A stretch of DNA of 64,000 nt from Bacteroidales bacterium (GCA_963668715.1 OY764960.1:3255423-3319422), one strand, 5' to 3'. Positions 47,902-58,765 are shown, counted from the first letter of the stretch. Translations and numbers: made by a program. The notes: generated by a model from the sequence alone, not told the origin.

Positions 47902-50130
47902 TTATTTTATCCCGAAAGGAACTTTTATACTCAGACATATATTCCGTCCGGGATTATAAAAATGCATCTGTTTTAAGGTTGAGAGATGGTCAACATATTT
48001 TTTGTCAAAAATATTATTAGCCGATAGTCCTATCATTATAAACTGATTGCTGATTTTTATTTTGGCATAAGCTTTTACATTAAAAATGGTATAACCGTCT
48101 GTTGCTGTTTCTTTTTGAGCCGGATTATCCTGTGGTAACGCGGTTACGGCAGAAAAATATAAGCCAGGGTTGGTAAATATCCACAGGGATTTTTTTTCAA
48201 ATCCTGCTTCGTAGCTGAATTTATGTGCAGGAATATATGGCAGGTATTCACTGTGCTCCCGCTTTCCTGTTACCGCTGAATATGTACCTTTCAGGTGTAG
48301 CCACGGAATAAATTGGGGATGGTAATGAATTCCTGCTTCGCCGCCGTACAAATTGGCATTGTCCTGTGAAATATTGTAAATATAGACCCCGTTTGAAGTT
48401 GTGTCTCCTGTGGGAGCAAGGTAAATATAGTTGTTGATATGATTGTAAAACAGGGCGGCATCTATCGAAAGGCTGGCAGATTGATAATGAAAGCTTATAT
48501 CGGATTCGTAGGCATCTTCCGGGTTCAAATTTTTACCGGCCACTTCGTATATGTTTCCTTTTAAGCCGGTAAACAGAAGTTCGCGGAGGTTAGGCATACG
48601 GCAGGCTTTTGCAAAATTTGCCCGCAGGGTTGTTTTGTCTGTCAGGCGATAGGTGGCACCGAGTGAACCGTTGGGGCTTACAAAGTTGTCAGAAACGGCA
48701 GCACGGTAATTCTGAGCCTCTTCTTCGCCACTGGCTTTGGAATCTATTGAACTGAAATCTATACGTATACCTCCCTGAAGTTTTAACTTATCGATACGAT
48801 ATGAGGCAAAAGCCATTGCACCGATACGGTTGACACCGGCATCGGGAATCCCTTGTTGCATCCGGTTGTTGAGGTTTTTATGCGCCTGACTCATCCCCTG
48901 AACGCCAATGATGTAATCCGATTTTTCATTGGAAGGCAGATGTATTTTTGTTTCGTAGGTAAATGTGTTGAGTTGCATTTCCACAAATGGGACATCAGTA
49001 GTTTGATAGGCACTTCTCAGGTTGTTTTGCCAGGCGGCATTTATTTCGCAGCGTACCCGGTCGAGAAATAATTTATTGTGCGATGAAATGAGATGATGGT
49101 GCGGATCCTGGTACCATATTTCATTTTTCCTGCCCCGTTCTTTTATAAGTGGCATAGCTTGTGGCATTGTCAGTCCGACTTGTTGCTTATAATAATAATA
49201 TGAGAGTTTAAATGTCCCGATTTTGGAATTATATCCTGTGTTTATACTGGTTGACCATTCGTTAAAGCGGGAATTCGGCAAATAGTCACCGCCGCCTTGT
49301 TTATAATCAGCAAAAGTTTTATAATCGACCCGGCATCCTGCAAAAAAATGTTTTGAAGCCCCTTTCAGTCCAAGGCTATTACTGGAACCCAAGGTATTTG
49401 AATGGAACTGTGTATTGTAATCGCCGGTTATTTTTCCCTGCGGGGCAGGTGTCTCGCTGATAAAATTAATCACCCCGCCCACGGCATCGGAACCGTACAA
49501 TAACGAAGCTGGTCCTTTAATGATTTCCACACTACCTGCTCCGTTATTATCAATTCCGGCAGGATGTCCATCGCTATATTGATAGTTTTCTATCCGTGTG
49601 CCGTCTTTTGTAATGAGAATACCGTTCATCGAAAGTCCACGGATAACAGGTTTTGACATTCCCGGCCCCCGCGAGATCATATCCACACCCGGCACAACGG
49701 TAAGTGCTTCCATCAGGTTAGGAGTACCGGATACCTGAATGATTTCGGGTTTTAAGACATCTATCTTTACTGCATTATCACGCTGTGACGATACTGTTCC
49801 TGCGGAAACGACAACCTCCTGTATTTCAATGGTTGCTTCCGTCAGCGAAATATTTAAATCGTTCATCCCCGGTAGTATAATAAGGGATTTAATCTCGGGA
49901 TTGTATCCCAAATAAGAAAACTGCACTGAGATTTTTCCTATTGGTATATTTTCAATTATGTATTCCCCGTCCTTGTTACAAAGTACGCCTTTGTTCTGAT
50001 CGGGCATATAAACCGATACTCCTGCCAGTGGGTTGCTTTTGTCGTCGGTTACCTTTCCTTTAATAAATGTTTGTGCATTGATCGTAATGTAAAAAAGAAA
50101 AAATAAAATTGTTAAAATTGAATGCTTCAT
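47902..50130 (-). CDS. TonB-dependent outer-membrane receptor (siderophore/metallophore type) with carboxypeptidase-regulatory N-domain
   Basis: Signal peptide from MKHSILTILFF present. It has a CarboxypepD_reg domain (IKGKVTDDKSNPLAGVSVYM...), a plug (SGTPNLMEALTVVPGVD, GLSMNGILITKDG, IEIIKGPASLLYGSDAVGGVINF) and a 22-strand-size barrel. The ORF is open from 50184. Confidence 0.85.
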   Translation of the reverse strand: MKHSILTILFFLFYITINAQTFIKGKVTDDKSNPLAGVSVYMPDQNKGVLCNKDGEYIIENIPIGKISVQFSYLGYNPEIKSLIILPGMNDLNISLTEATIEIQEVVVSAGTVSSQRDNAVKIDVLKPEIIQVSGTPNLMEALTVVPGVDMISRGPGMSKPVIRGLSMNGILITKDGTRIENYQYSDGHPAGIDNNGAGSVEIIKGPASLLYGSDAVGGVINFISETPAPQGKITGDYNTQFHSNTLGSSNSLGLKGASKHFFAGCRVDYKTFADYKQGGGDYLPNSRFNEWSTSINTGYNSKIGTFKLSYYYYKQQVGLTMPQAMPLIKERGRKNEIWYQDPHHHLISSHNKLFLDRVRCEINAAWQNNLRSAYQTTDVPFVEMQLNTFTYETKIHLPSNEKSDYIIGVQGMSQAHKNLNNRMQQGIPDAGVNRIGAMAFASYRIDKLKLQGGIRIDFSSIDSKASGEEEAQNYRAAVSDNFVSPNGSLGATYRLTDKTTLRANFAKACRMPNLRELLFTGLKGNIYEVAGKNLNPEDAYESDISFHYQSASLSIDAALFYNHINNYIYLAPTGDTTSNGVYIYNISQDNANLYGGEAGIHYHPQFIPWLHLKGTYSAVTGKREHSEYLPYIPAHKFSYEAGFEKKSLWIFTNPGLYFSAVTALPQDNPAQKETATDGYTIFNVKAYAKIKISNQFIMIGLSANNIFDKKYVDHLSTLKQMHFYNPGRNICLSIKVPFGIK

Positions 50131-50283
50131 ATTTGTAATAATTAAATGACTATTTATATGAAGCAAAGGAAAAGAAATAGTCATACGGGACTGTAACGCG
50201 AAAAGGTCCTTTTGTTTAATGTAACGGCGGAAATAAATCCGGTAGATACTGTGTTTAGCCGGGTCCGCCGGGAATAAAAATAT

Positions 50284-52011
50284 CTAATTAGCTATTTTCC
50301 AGCCGACAGCATTTTCTTGTGCTTGCCACATCTCGTAGTATAAGCCTTGCTTTTTTAATAGTTCGTTATGTGTTCCTTCTTCCCGGATTTTTTTATTGTT
50401 AAGCACGATTATTTTACCGGCATCTTTTATGGTTTTCAGACGGTGTGCAATTACGATAACCGTTTTCTTTTGCAGCAGGTTGGAAATAGCTTCCTGTATG
50501 AAAAACTCGTTTTCAGGGTCGAGAGACGAGGTTGCTTCATCAAGCAGAACAACAGGGGCATCTTTCAGCATTGCCCGGGCAATGGAAAGCCGTAGCTGCT
50601 CGCCACCCGACAGGTTACTGCCGTTTTCATCGACCATCGTATCGTATCCATCGGGTAATTTTGAGATAAACCCGTGGCAATTTGCTTTCCTGGCAGCGTC
50701 AAGCACTTCTTCACGTGTGGCATTTTGATTTCCTGTCCGGATGTTATTGTAAATGGTATCCTTAAAAAGAATGACTTTCTGAAAGACCATACTTACATTT
50801 TTCAGAAGCTTTTCGGGAGCGATATTCTTCAGCTTATCTTCCCCGATAGAGATACTGCCATTGTCCACATCGTAAAATCGTGCGATCAGGTTAGCCATTG
50901 TCGATTTACCTGAACCGGAAGGGCCAACTAAAGCTGTCATCGTATTTCCGGGAATGGTGACATTAATATCATCCAGCACTATTGAGCCGTTATACCCAAA
51001 TGAAACATTTTTAAAAATAATATCCTGCTTTTGAGCGTTTAATTCCTGTTTTTCCCCGTCAAGCTGTTTTTCGTTGAACAGATCGCGGATGGTTTGCCCT
51101 GCAATTAAAAGGTAGCGTATTTTTATATAATTGAGCGAAATAGCTTTCAGGTTCTCAAAAAAACGGGAACTGATAATAATGAAAATGATAAATGTTTTTC
51201 CGGTCAGGCTACCCCCAACCATAAAATACGAGCCCATCAGTATGAGCATCACCAGTCCGAAGTCGATGGAGATGCCCGATAGTGTCATCACGGGGCTTAG
51301 TGTGCCTTCGGCTTTCAGGCTTTTTACTTTGAAATCGGCCATTTTTTCAACCAGGTCGTCAAACTTTTTTTGTGAATTATTAAACGATTTAATGAACTTG
51401 ATACCGCTTACAAATTCGATAATGCTATTGGCTAAATCCGACGACGACCGGTACAAGGCTTTACCCTTGTTGTTCATTATTTTTTTTGCCCATACCAGTA
51501 ATCCTAATGCCAGCGGCATTGTTATCACGGTGGCTATTGCCATACGGTAGTCGATGTAAAACAGTCCTGCCGCGACCAGCATACTCAGCACAAATGTTGA
51601 AATAAATTCGGGCAGAAGCATTGTAATGATTTGTTCTACCTTGTTTACATTGTCAAGTGTTTTATTGGACAGCTCCCCGGTGTCGTGACTGCTGAAAAAA
51701 CCCAATGGAAGTTTCCTTATATGTTCCCCCAGCCTTAGCCTTAAATCTTTTACCATTATGGTTCCGTCGGCACGCGAAAGGGTTATGCCCAGATACGAGA
51801 ACAACATCCTGACGACGGCACTGCCGGCAATGATGTAAATGTATGTCCATAATTTTTGCAGGGTAAATGTATGGTCGATGATATTGCACAAGAGAAAATA
51901 CACTACCACAAAGGGTACTGCCCCGAAAAAGGCTTCCAGTACCGAGATAAGGGCTACCCTCACCATCCGTATCCGGTATTTTCCGGCTATTAATTTCAGT
52001 ACTTCTAACAT
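50284..52011 (-). CDS. ABC transporter, fused TMD-NBD half transporter (exporter fold; YbtQ/IrtB-like position)
   Basis: 6-TM N-domain. Walker A is GPSGSGKST, the signature is LSGGEQLRLSIARA and Walker B is VVLLDEATSSLD. Confidence 0.85.
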   Translation of the reverse strand: MLEVLKLIAGKYRIRMVRVALISVLEAFFGAVPFVVVYFLLCNIIDHTFTLQKLWTYIYIIAGSAVVRMLFSYLGITLSRADGTIMVKDLRLRLGEHIRKLPLGFFSSHDTGELSNKTLDNVNKVEQIITMLLPEFISTFVLSMLVAAGLFYIDYRMAIATVITMPLALGLLVWAKKIMNNKGKALYRSSSDLANSIIEFVSGIKFIKSFNNSQKKFDDLVEKMADFKVKSLKAEGTLSPVMTLSGISIDFGLVMLILMGSYFMVGGSLTGKTFIIFIIISSRFFENLKAISLNYIKIRYLLIAGQTIRDLFNEKQLDGEKQELNAQKQDIIFKNVSFGYNGSIVLDDINVTIPGNTMTALVGPSGSGKSTMANLIARFYDVDNGSISIGEDKLKNIAPEKLLKNVSMVFQKVILFKDTIYNNIRTGNQNATREEVLDAARKANCHGFISKLPDGYDTMVDENGSNLSGGEQLRLSIARAMLKDAPVVLLDEATSSLDPENEFFIQEAISNLLQKKTVIVIAHRLKTIKDAGKIIVLNNKKIREEGTHNELLKKQGLYYEMWQAQENAVGWKIAN

Positions 52012-52066
52012 ATTATGCCAGTTAAAGTTTTTATTTTGTTTTTGTAATTTGTTTTGTCAGGAGAGT

Positions 52067-52157
52067 GAAGTCAGAAGACGGAAGTAAAAAAAAATACAAT
52101 TATGACTCTACAGCTTCCGACTCCCGACTTCTTATTCCCGACCCCCGGCTTCTGATT
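52067..52157 (-). repeat. heptamer-built inverted repeat forming an intercistronic hairpin and encoding the C-terminal tail of the upstream ABC gene
   Basis: GAAGTCAGAAGACGGAAGT (52067-52085) is near-complementary to CTTCCGACTCCCGACTTC (52114-52131). The heptamers CTTCCGA CTCCCGA CTTCTTA TTCCCGA CCCCCGG CTTCTGA run across the stop codon at 52132-52134. Confidence 0.7.
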
Positions 52158-53898
52158 TTTTTCCAATTTTCCAACGGGATGCATCCATATGTAAATTCCA
52201 CATTTGTTTATACTGACCACCTGAGTCTATTAATCGTTCGTGAGTGCCGCTTTCCACAATTTTGCCTTTATTGATATACAGTATCTGGTTGGCATTTTTA
52301 ATGGTCGAAAGCCTGTGTGCAATAACAATCACGGTTTTATCTTTTAACAGGGCATTTAATGCCTTCTGGATTTTATCTTCGTTTTCGGTATCGGCATAAC
52401 TGGTTGCCTCGTCCAGCACTATTACGGGTGCATTTTTTGCCAGGGCCCGTGCAATAGCAATCCGTTGTTGTTCGCCGCCGCTCAGGTGAACGCCGGCCGG
52501 CCCGATGATGGTATGATAACCGTCAGGCAGCTTTCGGATAAACTCATCGGCCTGTGCCTGTCTGGCGGTTTCGACTACTTTTTCTTCTGAAATGGAAGTA
52601 TCGCCCATACGGATATTCTCAATCACCGTATCGTTGAACATAAAAATATCCTGGAACACAAAACTTATATGTCTCATCAGCACATCGCCCCTGATGGATT
52701 TGATGTTATACCCGCCAATGGTAATATTTCCGTCTGTAACATCCCAGAACCGGGGGATTAACCTCGCTACGGTTGTTTTTCCTGCTCCCGAGGGCCCGAC
52801 CAGTGCTGTAATGGTTCCTTGTTTTAATCTGAAGTTTACATCATCGAGCACACGGGTATTCCCATAGGCAAACGAAACGCGGTTGAATTCAATATCGTAA
52901 TTATCGAGATTTGTGATTGTGCCATTGTCGTCGATTTCTTTAGCGTCCATTACTTCCCGGAGTTCATCCACACCTTTGAAAATTTGTGTCAGATTCGAGC
53001 CGAAGCTTGTTAGTTGCTTCATAAAGCGGGTAAGCCCTATGCCGATGAACAGAAACATCAGGAAGGTGGATAACGTAATTTTTCCAACAGCATACATATA
53101 ACCGCCTACGGGAAGCAATGCCAACACCCCGCAGTCCATCAGCAGGGCATAAGTGGCAAAAAAAACGGCTGCTTTCCTGTTCATATTAATCCAGTACTGA
53201 CTGTATTTGTCGGCTTCATCCTTGTATTTCTTAAACGAGAATACCGACAGGTTAAAGGCTTTTATCACGGGCATGCCGCGGATAAAATCAATAATCGTAG
53301 TGTTCATATCCGATTTTATTTTAAAGAATGTACTAATGTTTTCCGCTTCGAGTTTTATCCGGAACCGTTGCAGCCCAACGCCCAGGAAGACAGGCATAAT
53401 ACTCAACAGGGCAAGCCAAAGGTTAAACGATGCCAGCCACGAAAAGATGATAACAGGCAGGAAAACAACCGATACCAAATCGACCAGATTATGAGCCACA
53501 AACTCTTCAATGGCTTCTATATTACCCATCATAATTTTTTTTATGGAGCCGGAACTGGTGTCGGAATAATAACCGAGAGGCAGTCTGGTAAGTTTTTTTG
53601 CAAGTGTCACACGCAGATCGAACAGGATGTTGTACGCAGCAATGTGCGACTGGGTCATTGCAATGCCCGAGAAAATCATCTGTCCGGCAATAAACAGGGC
53701 AGCGATTCCGCCGAGCATTAGCAGGTCGTCCATAATAAACGGAGGATGTATGATTTTTTCGATAATCAAATAGGTTATGTAATACGGCCCAAGCGAACAT
53801 ATCGAACTGAAAAAGATGAGTACACCGGCAATCCCCAAACGGTATTTTCCTTTTTTTGAGATATCTATCAGAAATTTTAATGATTTGTTTTTGATCAT
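52132..53898 (-). CDS. ABC transporter, fused TMD-NBD half transporter (exporter fold; YbtP/IrtA-like position)
   Basis: 6-TM N-domain. Walker A is GPSGAGKTT, the signature is LSGGEQQRIAIARA and Walker B is VIVLDEATSYAD. Confidence 0.85.
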   Translation of the reverse strand: MIKNKSLKFLIDISKKGKYRLGIAGVLIFFSSICSLGPYYITYLIIEKIIHPPFIMDDLLMLGGIAALFIAGQMIFSGIAMTQSHIAAYNILFDLRVTLAKKLTRLPLGYYSDTSSGSIKKIMMGNIEAIEEFVAHNLVDLVSVVFLPVIIFSWLASFNLWLALLSIMPVFLGVGLQRFRIKLEAENISTFFKIKSDMNTTIIDFIRGMPVIKAFNLSVFSFKKYKDEADKYSQYWINMNRKAAVFFATYALLMDCGVLALLPVGGYMYAVGKITLSTFLMFLFIGIGLTRFMKQLTSFGSNLTQIFKGVDELREVMDAKEIDDNGTITNLDNYDIEFNRVSFAYGNTRVLDDVNFRLKQGTITALVGPSGAGKTTVARLIPRFWDVTDGNITIGGYNIKSIRGDVLMRHISFVFQDIFMFNDTVIENIRMGDTSISEEKVVETARQAQADEFIRKLPDGYHTIIGPAGVHLSGGEQQRIAIARALAKNAPVIVLDEATSYADTENEDKIQKALNALLKDKTVIVIAHRLSTIKNANQILYINKGKIVESGTHERLIDSGGQYKQMWNLHMDASRWKIGKKSEAGGRE

Positions 53899-53923
53899 TT
53901 TATTCTATCGTTAAAGCTTATAT

Positions 53924-54433
53924 TTAAAACTTTACCCATGAAAATAACAGTTTTGCAATCAGTCCGCCGATTACTGGCAGTGTTAGTATGCAACACCATT
54001 TTACGAGGACATACTTCCATCCCATAAAGCCAATTTCGAACGGGGTGCGGGTAAGATCCCATGTCGAATAAGCAATGATATAGGCGACAACAGAGCCTAT
54101 TCCTGCTCCTGATTTTAAAAGAGTTCCTCCAACCGACAGGGCAACAAATGTCCCGCCGGGGGTGAGCATGCCAGCCAGTGAAGCCGTAGCAATTCCCGCG
54201 ATCCCCGTATCGTTCCCGAAGATTTTCCGGATGTTGTCGCTTAAATCAAGACTGTTGATCATCCCGATGATGATAAAAGCAAAGAGCAGGACAGGTAATA
54301 TGTTGAGGCCCATTTTCAGAGCATTGCCGAGGCCGTTGATATGAACACCCCTTGTGTATGAATATATCGACAGGCACAGGGCCAGTAAGCCCATTATGAT
54401 TGTTGTTGCTAACATTGTTTTTTGTTTTTGCAT
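53924..54433 (-). CDS. small (169 aa) polytopic membrane protein, half-size permease-like
   Basis: Four to five hydrophobic helices with Gly-rich segments (ASLAGMLTPGGTFVALSVGGTLLKSGAGIG). It starts 5 nt after the upstream gene's stop. Confidence 0.5.
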   Translation of the reverse strand: MQKQKTMLATTIIMGLLALCLSIYSYTRGVHINGLGNALKMGLNILPVLLFAFIIIGMINSLDLSDNIRKIFGNDTGIAGIATASLAGMLTPGGTFVALSVGGTLLKSGAGIGSVVAYIIAYSTWDLTRTPFEIGFMGWKYVLVKWCCILTLPVIGGLIAKLLFSWVKF

Positions 54434-54438
54434 ATCCT

Positions 54439-57400
54439 TTACAGATAATAAATGAACGACTCGACCTTGTCCCGGTCATTTTCATTCCTGTTTCCGTCGA
54501 AAGTCAGGTTCAGTATGGGCTTTGTGTCCGGACCGGAAAATCCTTTGTGCAAAATACTGAGTGAAACGCCGGTATTCTCGTAGAGGGATGCCGCGGTAAT
54601 AATCCCGTCAATATTTGCCGGATTACACAGTACCTTAGCCTGCCTGTAACGGGCAAATGCCCCGGCATAATACCCGATGGTTGTATCGGCTTTCTCTACC
54701 AGATTCCCAATGCCGGGCGTAAACGGACCTTCTTCTTTTAACCGGTATGACACCTGCTCGATGTCTTCTTTTAAACCTGCCAGCTTTTTATTCAGAGCAT
54801 CCTGATTCAATTGGCTGTTTTGCGTTACATAGTCTTTCCAGAAAACCCATACCGCTTCGGAGAGTACGCCATAAACCACTTTATTATCCTGCTCTTCGAG
54901 TGTTCTGAAGGTGAAATCATTCAGAAAGTCGTTGAAAACAATCACAGGCTCGCCAATAGCCATTACCTGTTTTTTGTAATGATGGTTTTTCAGGACATCA
55001 TAAATAGTCCCGGCAATTGTTTTAAGCGCGGAAATATCCAGCTTTTTATCCCGGATCAGTTTCCTGAATTGTAACAGGTATTTAACTCTGTCGCCGTAAG
55101 GTGCTGCATTAATAATATCGCCGGCAATAATGCAGTAGAATATGGATTTTAAGCTGCTTTCATTTAGTGAAATAACATCTTCCAGAAAAGGAGCGATGAT
55201 TTCAACATCTTTGTATTTACAGGCATCGAACTTTGTTCTTAAAATACGGTTGTATTGTCCTTCCACTTCGGCCCCTTCTGTTTGTGGAATCAGAAACGCG
55301 ACATTCTTTTCTTCTTTATCCTGTTCCAGGGCATTAAAGCAACTGCCGAGAAGTGAGGCCAGCGAATAATATTCGTTGGTTAAGGTGTGTTGCCTGCCCG
55401 TATTAATGGCTTTTGCATTTGTTTCAAGAATTTCTGCCTTAAAACCTTTTTGTTGCAACAGTTCTTTGAACAACCCGGAATAAGGATAAAGATTGGGAAT
55501 GTACATTTTTGTCCCCGGATTTACCGCATCCGGAGAGGATTTGATGTTGGGCTTCTTATAATTTATTTTCTTTATATAATAGTTTAAATCCTTCAGGGCT
55601 GCATCTTTATTGACTTTCAGACTATTCACAAAAGCTTCGAGGCGTGTGGTTACGCCGATTTTCGATGCATGTTCGTCAACCTCGATATTCAGGTACGGTT
55701 TATTGCCCATTATTTCTTTGAAGTAATGCAACAATACCGAATCGGGACCGCAGCCGTGATGCGTTAGCAGCACGGGATACATATTCGGATGTTCCCGGAT
55801 GAGGTAGGCCGGTTCAAGGATGTGTTGTCCGAACGGCCAGAACATATTGGGATGTTCACTGGCAATATCAATTCCTTCGGGCAGGTCGAAAAACGGCAAC
55901 ACCTGGTAGCCCATATCCTGTAACTTGTCGGGAACACCGAGGTTCAGAACCGGGTCGGCAATGCCGTACATTTTGGAGATAATGACAAATGTTAATTTAT
56001 TGGGGTCGAGTTTTTCATTCGTTTTCTGCCCGTTTTTGCCCATTCGTTCTTCGAAACGCAAGGCGGCTTCCATTCCCTTTTGGAGGGCACGACCTGTTTC
56101 TTCCTTGCTTTTGCCGAGCAAGCCTCCCAAATTGGAGAACGACTGCTGCATAAATTTTCCGCCCATGCTAAAAGCAAAGGTCGGTGCCACTAACTTTATA
56201 CCTTTCTTTTCGAGCTCCATCGTGTGATTTACAATTTTGAAAGCCAGTTGCATATAGGCACATCCGAAATCTTTCCGCGATTTGGAGCCCGGGTGGTCAA
56301 CAGTATATAAATCGGGGAAAAAAATGTAATCGACCTTTTTGGAAACCAGTTCGGCAACGTGCCCCAGAATCAGTTTTACAGGGAAGCAGGTTTCTTCCAT
56401 CGCGTATTCCTGTCCGAGTTTTATTGTATTTTCGTTGCTCCAGTCTGACAGCAACACATTGAACCCTAAGTTTTTGAAAATGGCGTCGAACATCGGGAAC
56501 ATACCGTAGGTGAATAAGGCCCGCGGAATCCCCACGGTTTTTTTATCCGGGTCTAAAACTCTGTCATAGTCTTCAAAAATGGTCTTTTCTATTCTCTTGT
56601 TGAATTCACCCGTATTATCGTTGTTGTTTTTCCGTATTTGTTTTTTCCCGTATTGCGAAATATGACGCAGGTTTTCTATCCCGATGAAGGTCGTTTCTTT
56701 ACCTTTCATTTCTTCCCGGGTTATAAGAGCGGCCCCGTAAGCCCCGGTAACGCTGAAAAACGGGGTAGTGTTTATTTGTTTGCCGGTTAAGATACGGAAC
56801 GCGTTAGCCACACCCCGGTTAAATGCTATCCCTCCTTGCAGCATTATTTTATTCCCAATCTTTTTTTGCCCGGCAACACGGTGCAGGTAATTTTTTGCGA
56901 TGGAGTAGCATAAGCCGGCTACTATATCTTCTTTTTTTTCTCCTCCCGACAGGCCGGAAACTATTGCCGATTTTATAAAGACCGTACAGCGTTCACCGAG
57001 TGAAGCAGGATGTTTTCCCTGAAAAGCGAGCTGTTCGAGTTCTTCTACAGGGATATTAAATTCCTGTGCCTGTTCGTCAAGGAATGAACCGGTACCGGCG
57101 GCACAGACCTTATTCATCTGAAAATCGGTAACAGCACCGTTGGTTATGCTGATGAATTTTGAATCCTGTCCCCCGATCTCGAAAATGGTATCCACTTCCG
57201 GGTTTATTTTTATGGCGGCCTTTGCCTGTGCCGTAATCTCATCCCTGATAATATCGGCGCCTATCTGCTGACCGATCAGATTTCGTCCGGAGCCGGTTAT
57301 CCCTACGCCCGCGATGCTGAAATTACCTTTCCTTTCCCGGTCGATCTCTTCCATTCCGTTCTGAACGGCTTTCAACGGGTTTCCCTTTGTGCGGATGTAT

Positions 57401-58464
57401 TTATAGGTAACAATTTCCGATCCGGAATTTATTAAAACCAGGTTGGTACTGGTCGAGCCGATGTCAATCCCCAGGAAAAAGGCCGGATTGTCCCTTTCGG
57501 GCATTGAACACTGAATAAGATGTTTTTCTGATATATCTTCGTTTTTTATTCGCGACAGCGGAGGTAATTCCTCTTCTTCCGCATCTTTTATATCGTTTTG
57601 TTCGCTCAGTAAATCCTTCGACATTTTTTGAAAATCCAACGTCAGATTTTCTTTTTTGGCAATAAGGGCCGCCCCAATTGCACTAACAATATCTGAATGT
57701 TCCGGCACCAGCAGTTCCTGTTCATTTTTGTTCAGCACATCCCGCATGGTATCAATAATTGCCCTGTTATTGCTTACTCCCCCGATAAACACTAGCGGCA
57801 CTTCCACCGGCAAACGGCGGATAACAGCTCCTTTGTAATTTTTGACAATGGCGTATGCCACTCCTTTTAGAATATCTTCGGGCGGAACCCCTTCCTGTTG
57901 ATTATGAATGATGTCGGTTTTGGCAAACACACTGCACCGTCCGGCAATTCGGGGAATGGATTGTGCTTTCTCCACATAGTCGGCATAGTCTTCTATCCTG
58001 ATATTCAGTCGCGAAGCCTGTTCTTCCAAAAACGAACCGGTACCGGCCGCACAATCGGAGTTGGTGGATATTTGCAGCATGTTTTTTTGCGGAGCTTCTG
58101 AATTATCCTGATTTTGAATATTAAATCCGGTATAGTACCGGGCATTTTGTCCCCCGATTTCGATCACCGATCTGGCTTCAGGAACTAAAAATTTGACTCC
58201 CTCAATGGCTGCCGCCACATCGTTTACCCCTTGTATTTTCTTGTTCTTCGATAATTTTTTGCCAATGGTACCTGTAATTGCTCCGTGAGTAATATAATTG
58301 GGAGAGAAATCATTATTGATTTGATTCAGAATGGCTTCAAGTGTCTTTTTTATCTTTCCCCTGTGTGGCTGATACTGTGCAAAAACCACTTTTTTTTCAT
58401 TATCGGTAATTGCAGCTTTAACAGCGGAATAGCCGATGTCGATACCTAAACTATATGCTTTCAT
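54439..58464 (-). CDS. 1341-aa fusion: two BcrAD/BadFG (HgdC-type) activator ATPase domains + 2-hydroxyacyl-CoA-dehydratase/DUF2229-like Fe-S domains
   Basis: Two ASKHA ATPase units each carry the cluster-Cys contexts (SLGIDIGYSAVK...DCAAGTGSFLEE...AGRCSVFAKTD; FLGIDIGSTSTN...VCAAGTGSFLDE...GERCTVFIKSA). They are followed by GIPRALFTYGMFPMF...EETCFPVKL...FGCAYMQ...HHGCGPD, typical of the activase-associated dehydratase-like module. Confidence 0.8.
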   Translation of the reverse strand: MKAYSLGIDIGYSAVKAAITDNEKKVVFAQYQPHRGKIKKTLEAILNQINNDFSPNYITHGAITGTIGKKLSKNKKIQGVNDVAAAIEGVKFLVPEARSVIEIGGQNARYYTGFNIQNQDNSEAPQKNMLQISTNSDCAAGTGSFLEEQASRLNIRIEDYADYVEKAQSIPRIAGRCSVFAKTDIIHNQQEGVPPEDILKGVAYAIVKNYKGAVIRRLPVEVPLVFIGGVSNNRAIIDTMRDVLNKNEQELLVPEHSDIVSAIGAALIAKKENLTLDFQKMSKDLLSEQNDIKDAEEEELPPLSRIKNEDISEKHLIQCSMPERDNPAFFLGIDIGSTSTNLVLINSGSEIVTYKYIRTKGNPLKAVQNGMEEIDRERKGNFSIAGVGITGSGRNLIGQQIGADIIRDEITAQAKAAIKINPEVDTIFEIGGQDSKFISITNGAVTDFQMNKVCAAGTGSFLDEQAQEFNIPVEELEQLAFQGKHPASLGERCTVFIKSAIVSGLSGGEKKEDIVAGLCYSIAKNYLHRVAGQKKIGNKIMLQGGIAFNRGVANAFRILTGKQINTTPFFSVTGAYGAALITREEMKGKETTFIGIENLRHISQYGKKQIRKNNNDNTGEFNKRIEKTIFEDYDRVLDPDKKTVGIPRALFTYGMFPMFDAIFKNLGFNVLLSDWSNENTIKLGQEYAMEETCFPVKLILGHVAELVSKKVDYIFFPDLYTVDHPGSKSRKDFGCAYMQLAFKIVNHTMELEKKGIKLVAPTFAFSMGGKFMQQSFSNLGGLLGKSKEETGRALQKGMEAALRFEERMGKNGQKTNEKLDPNKLTFVIISKMYGIADPVLNLGVPDKLQDMGYQVLPFFDLPEGIDIASEHPNMFWPFGQHILEPAYLIREHPNMYPVLLTHHGCGPDSVLLHYFKEIMGNKPYLNIEVDEHASKIGVTTRLEAFVNSLKVNKDAALKDLNYYIKKINYKKPNIKSSPDAVNPGTKMYIPNLYPYSGLFKELLQQKGFKAEILETNAKAINTGRQHTLTNEYYSLASLLGSCFNALEQDKEEKNVAFLIPQTEGAEVEGQYNRILRTKFDACKYKDVEIIAPFLEDVISLNESSLKSIFYCIIAGDIINAAPYGDRVKYLLQFRKLIRDKKLDISALKTIAGTIYDVLKNHHYKKQVMAIGEPVIVFNDFLNDFTFRTLEEQDNKVVYGVLSEAVWVFWKDYVTQNSQLNQDALNKKLAGLKEDIEQVSYRLKEEGPFTPGIGNLVEKADTTIGYYAGAFARYRQAKVLCNPANIDGIITAASLYENTGVSLSILHKGFSGPDTKPILNLTFDGNRNENDRDKVESFIYYL

Positions 58465-58765
58465 TTATAAACTTTTTAATTCTTTTTTCTGATCTCAAAG
58501 GGAACTATTACCAGAAAAATATATGTCTTGCCCAAGTGTTTCATGTTATTAATCGTTTACTTACCTTTTTGAATCTCTTCCGGTTAAAATCCCCATTTAT
58601 AGGGATTGACTTCTGCATTATCCCTGACTATTTTTGTATGATTAAATTTTTCTATAAAAGTATAGTGGTATGCAAGTAATGAGGTAACGCTAAACGGTTA
58701 GTTTCTTTAACCTCACGACGGTAATATCATGGGATATATTTTTTTGATAATTCGGACAGGTTATT

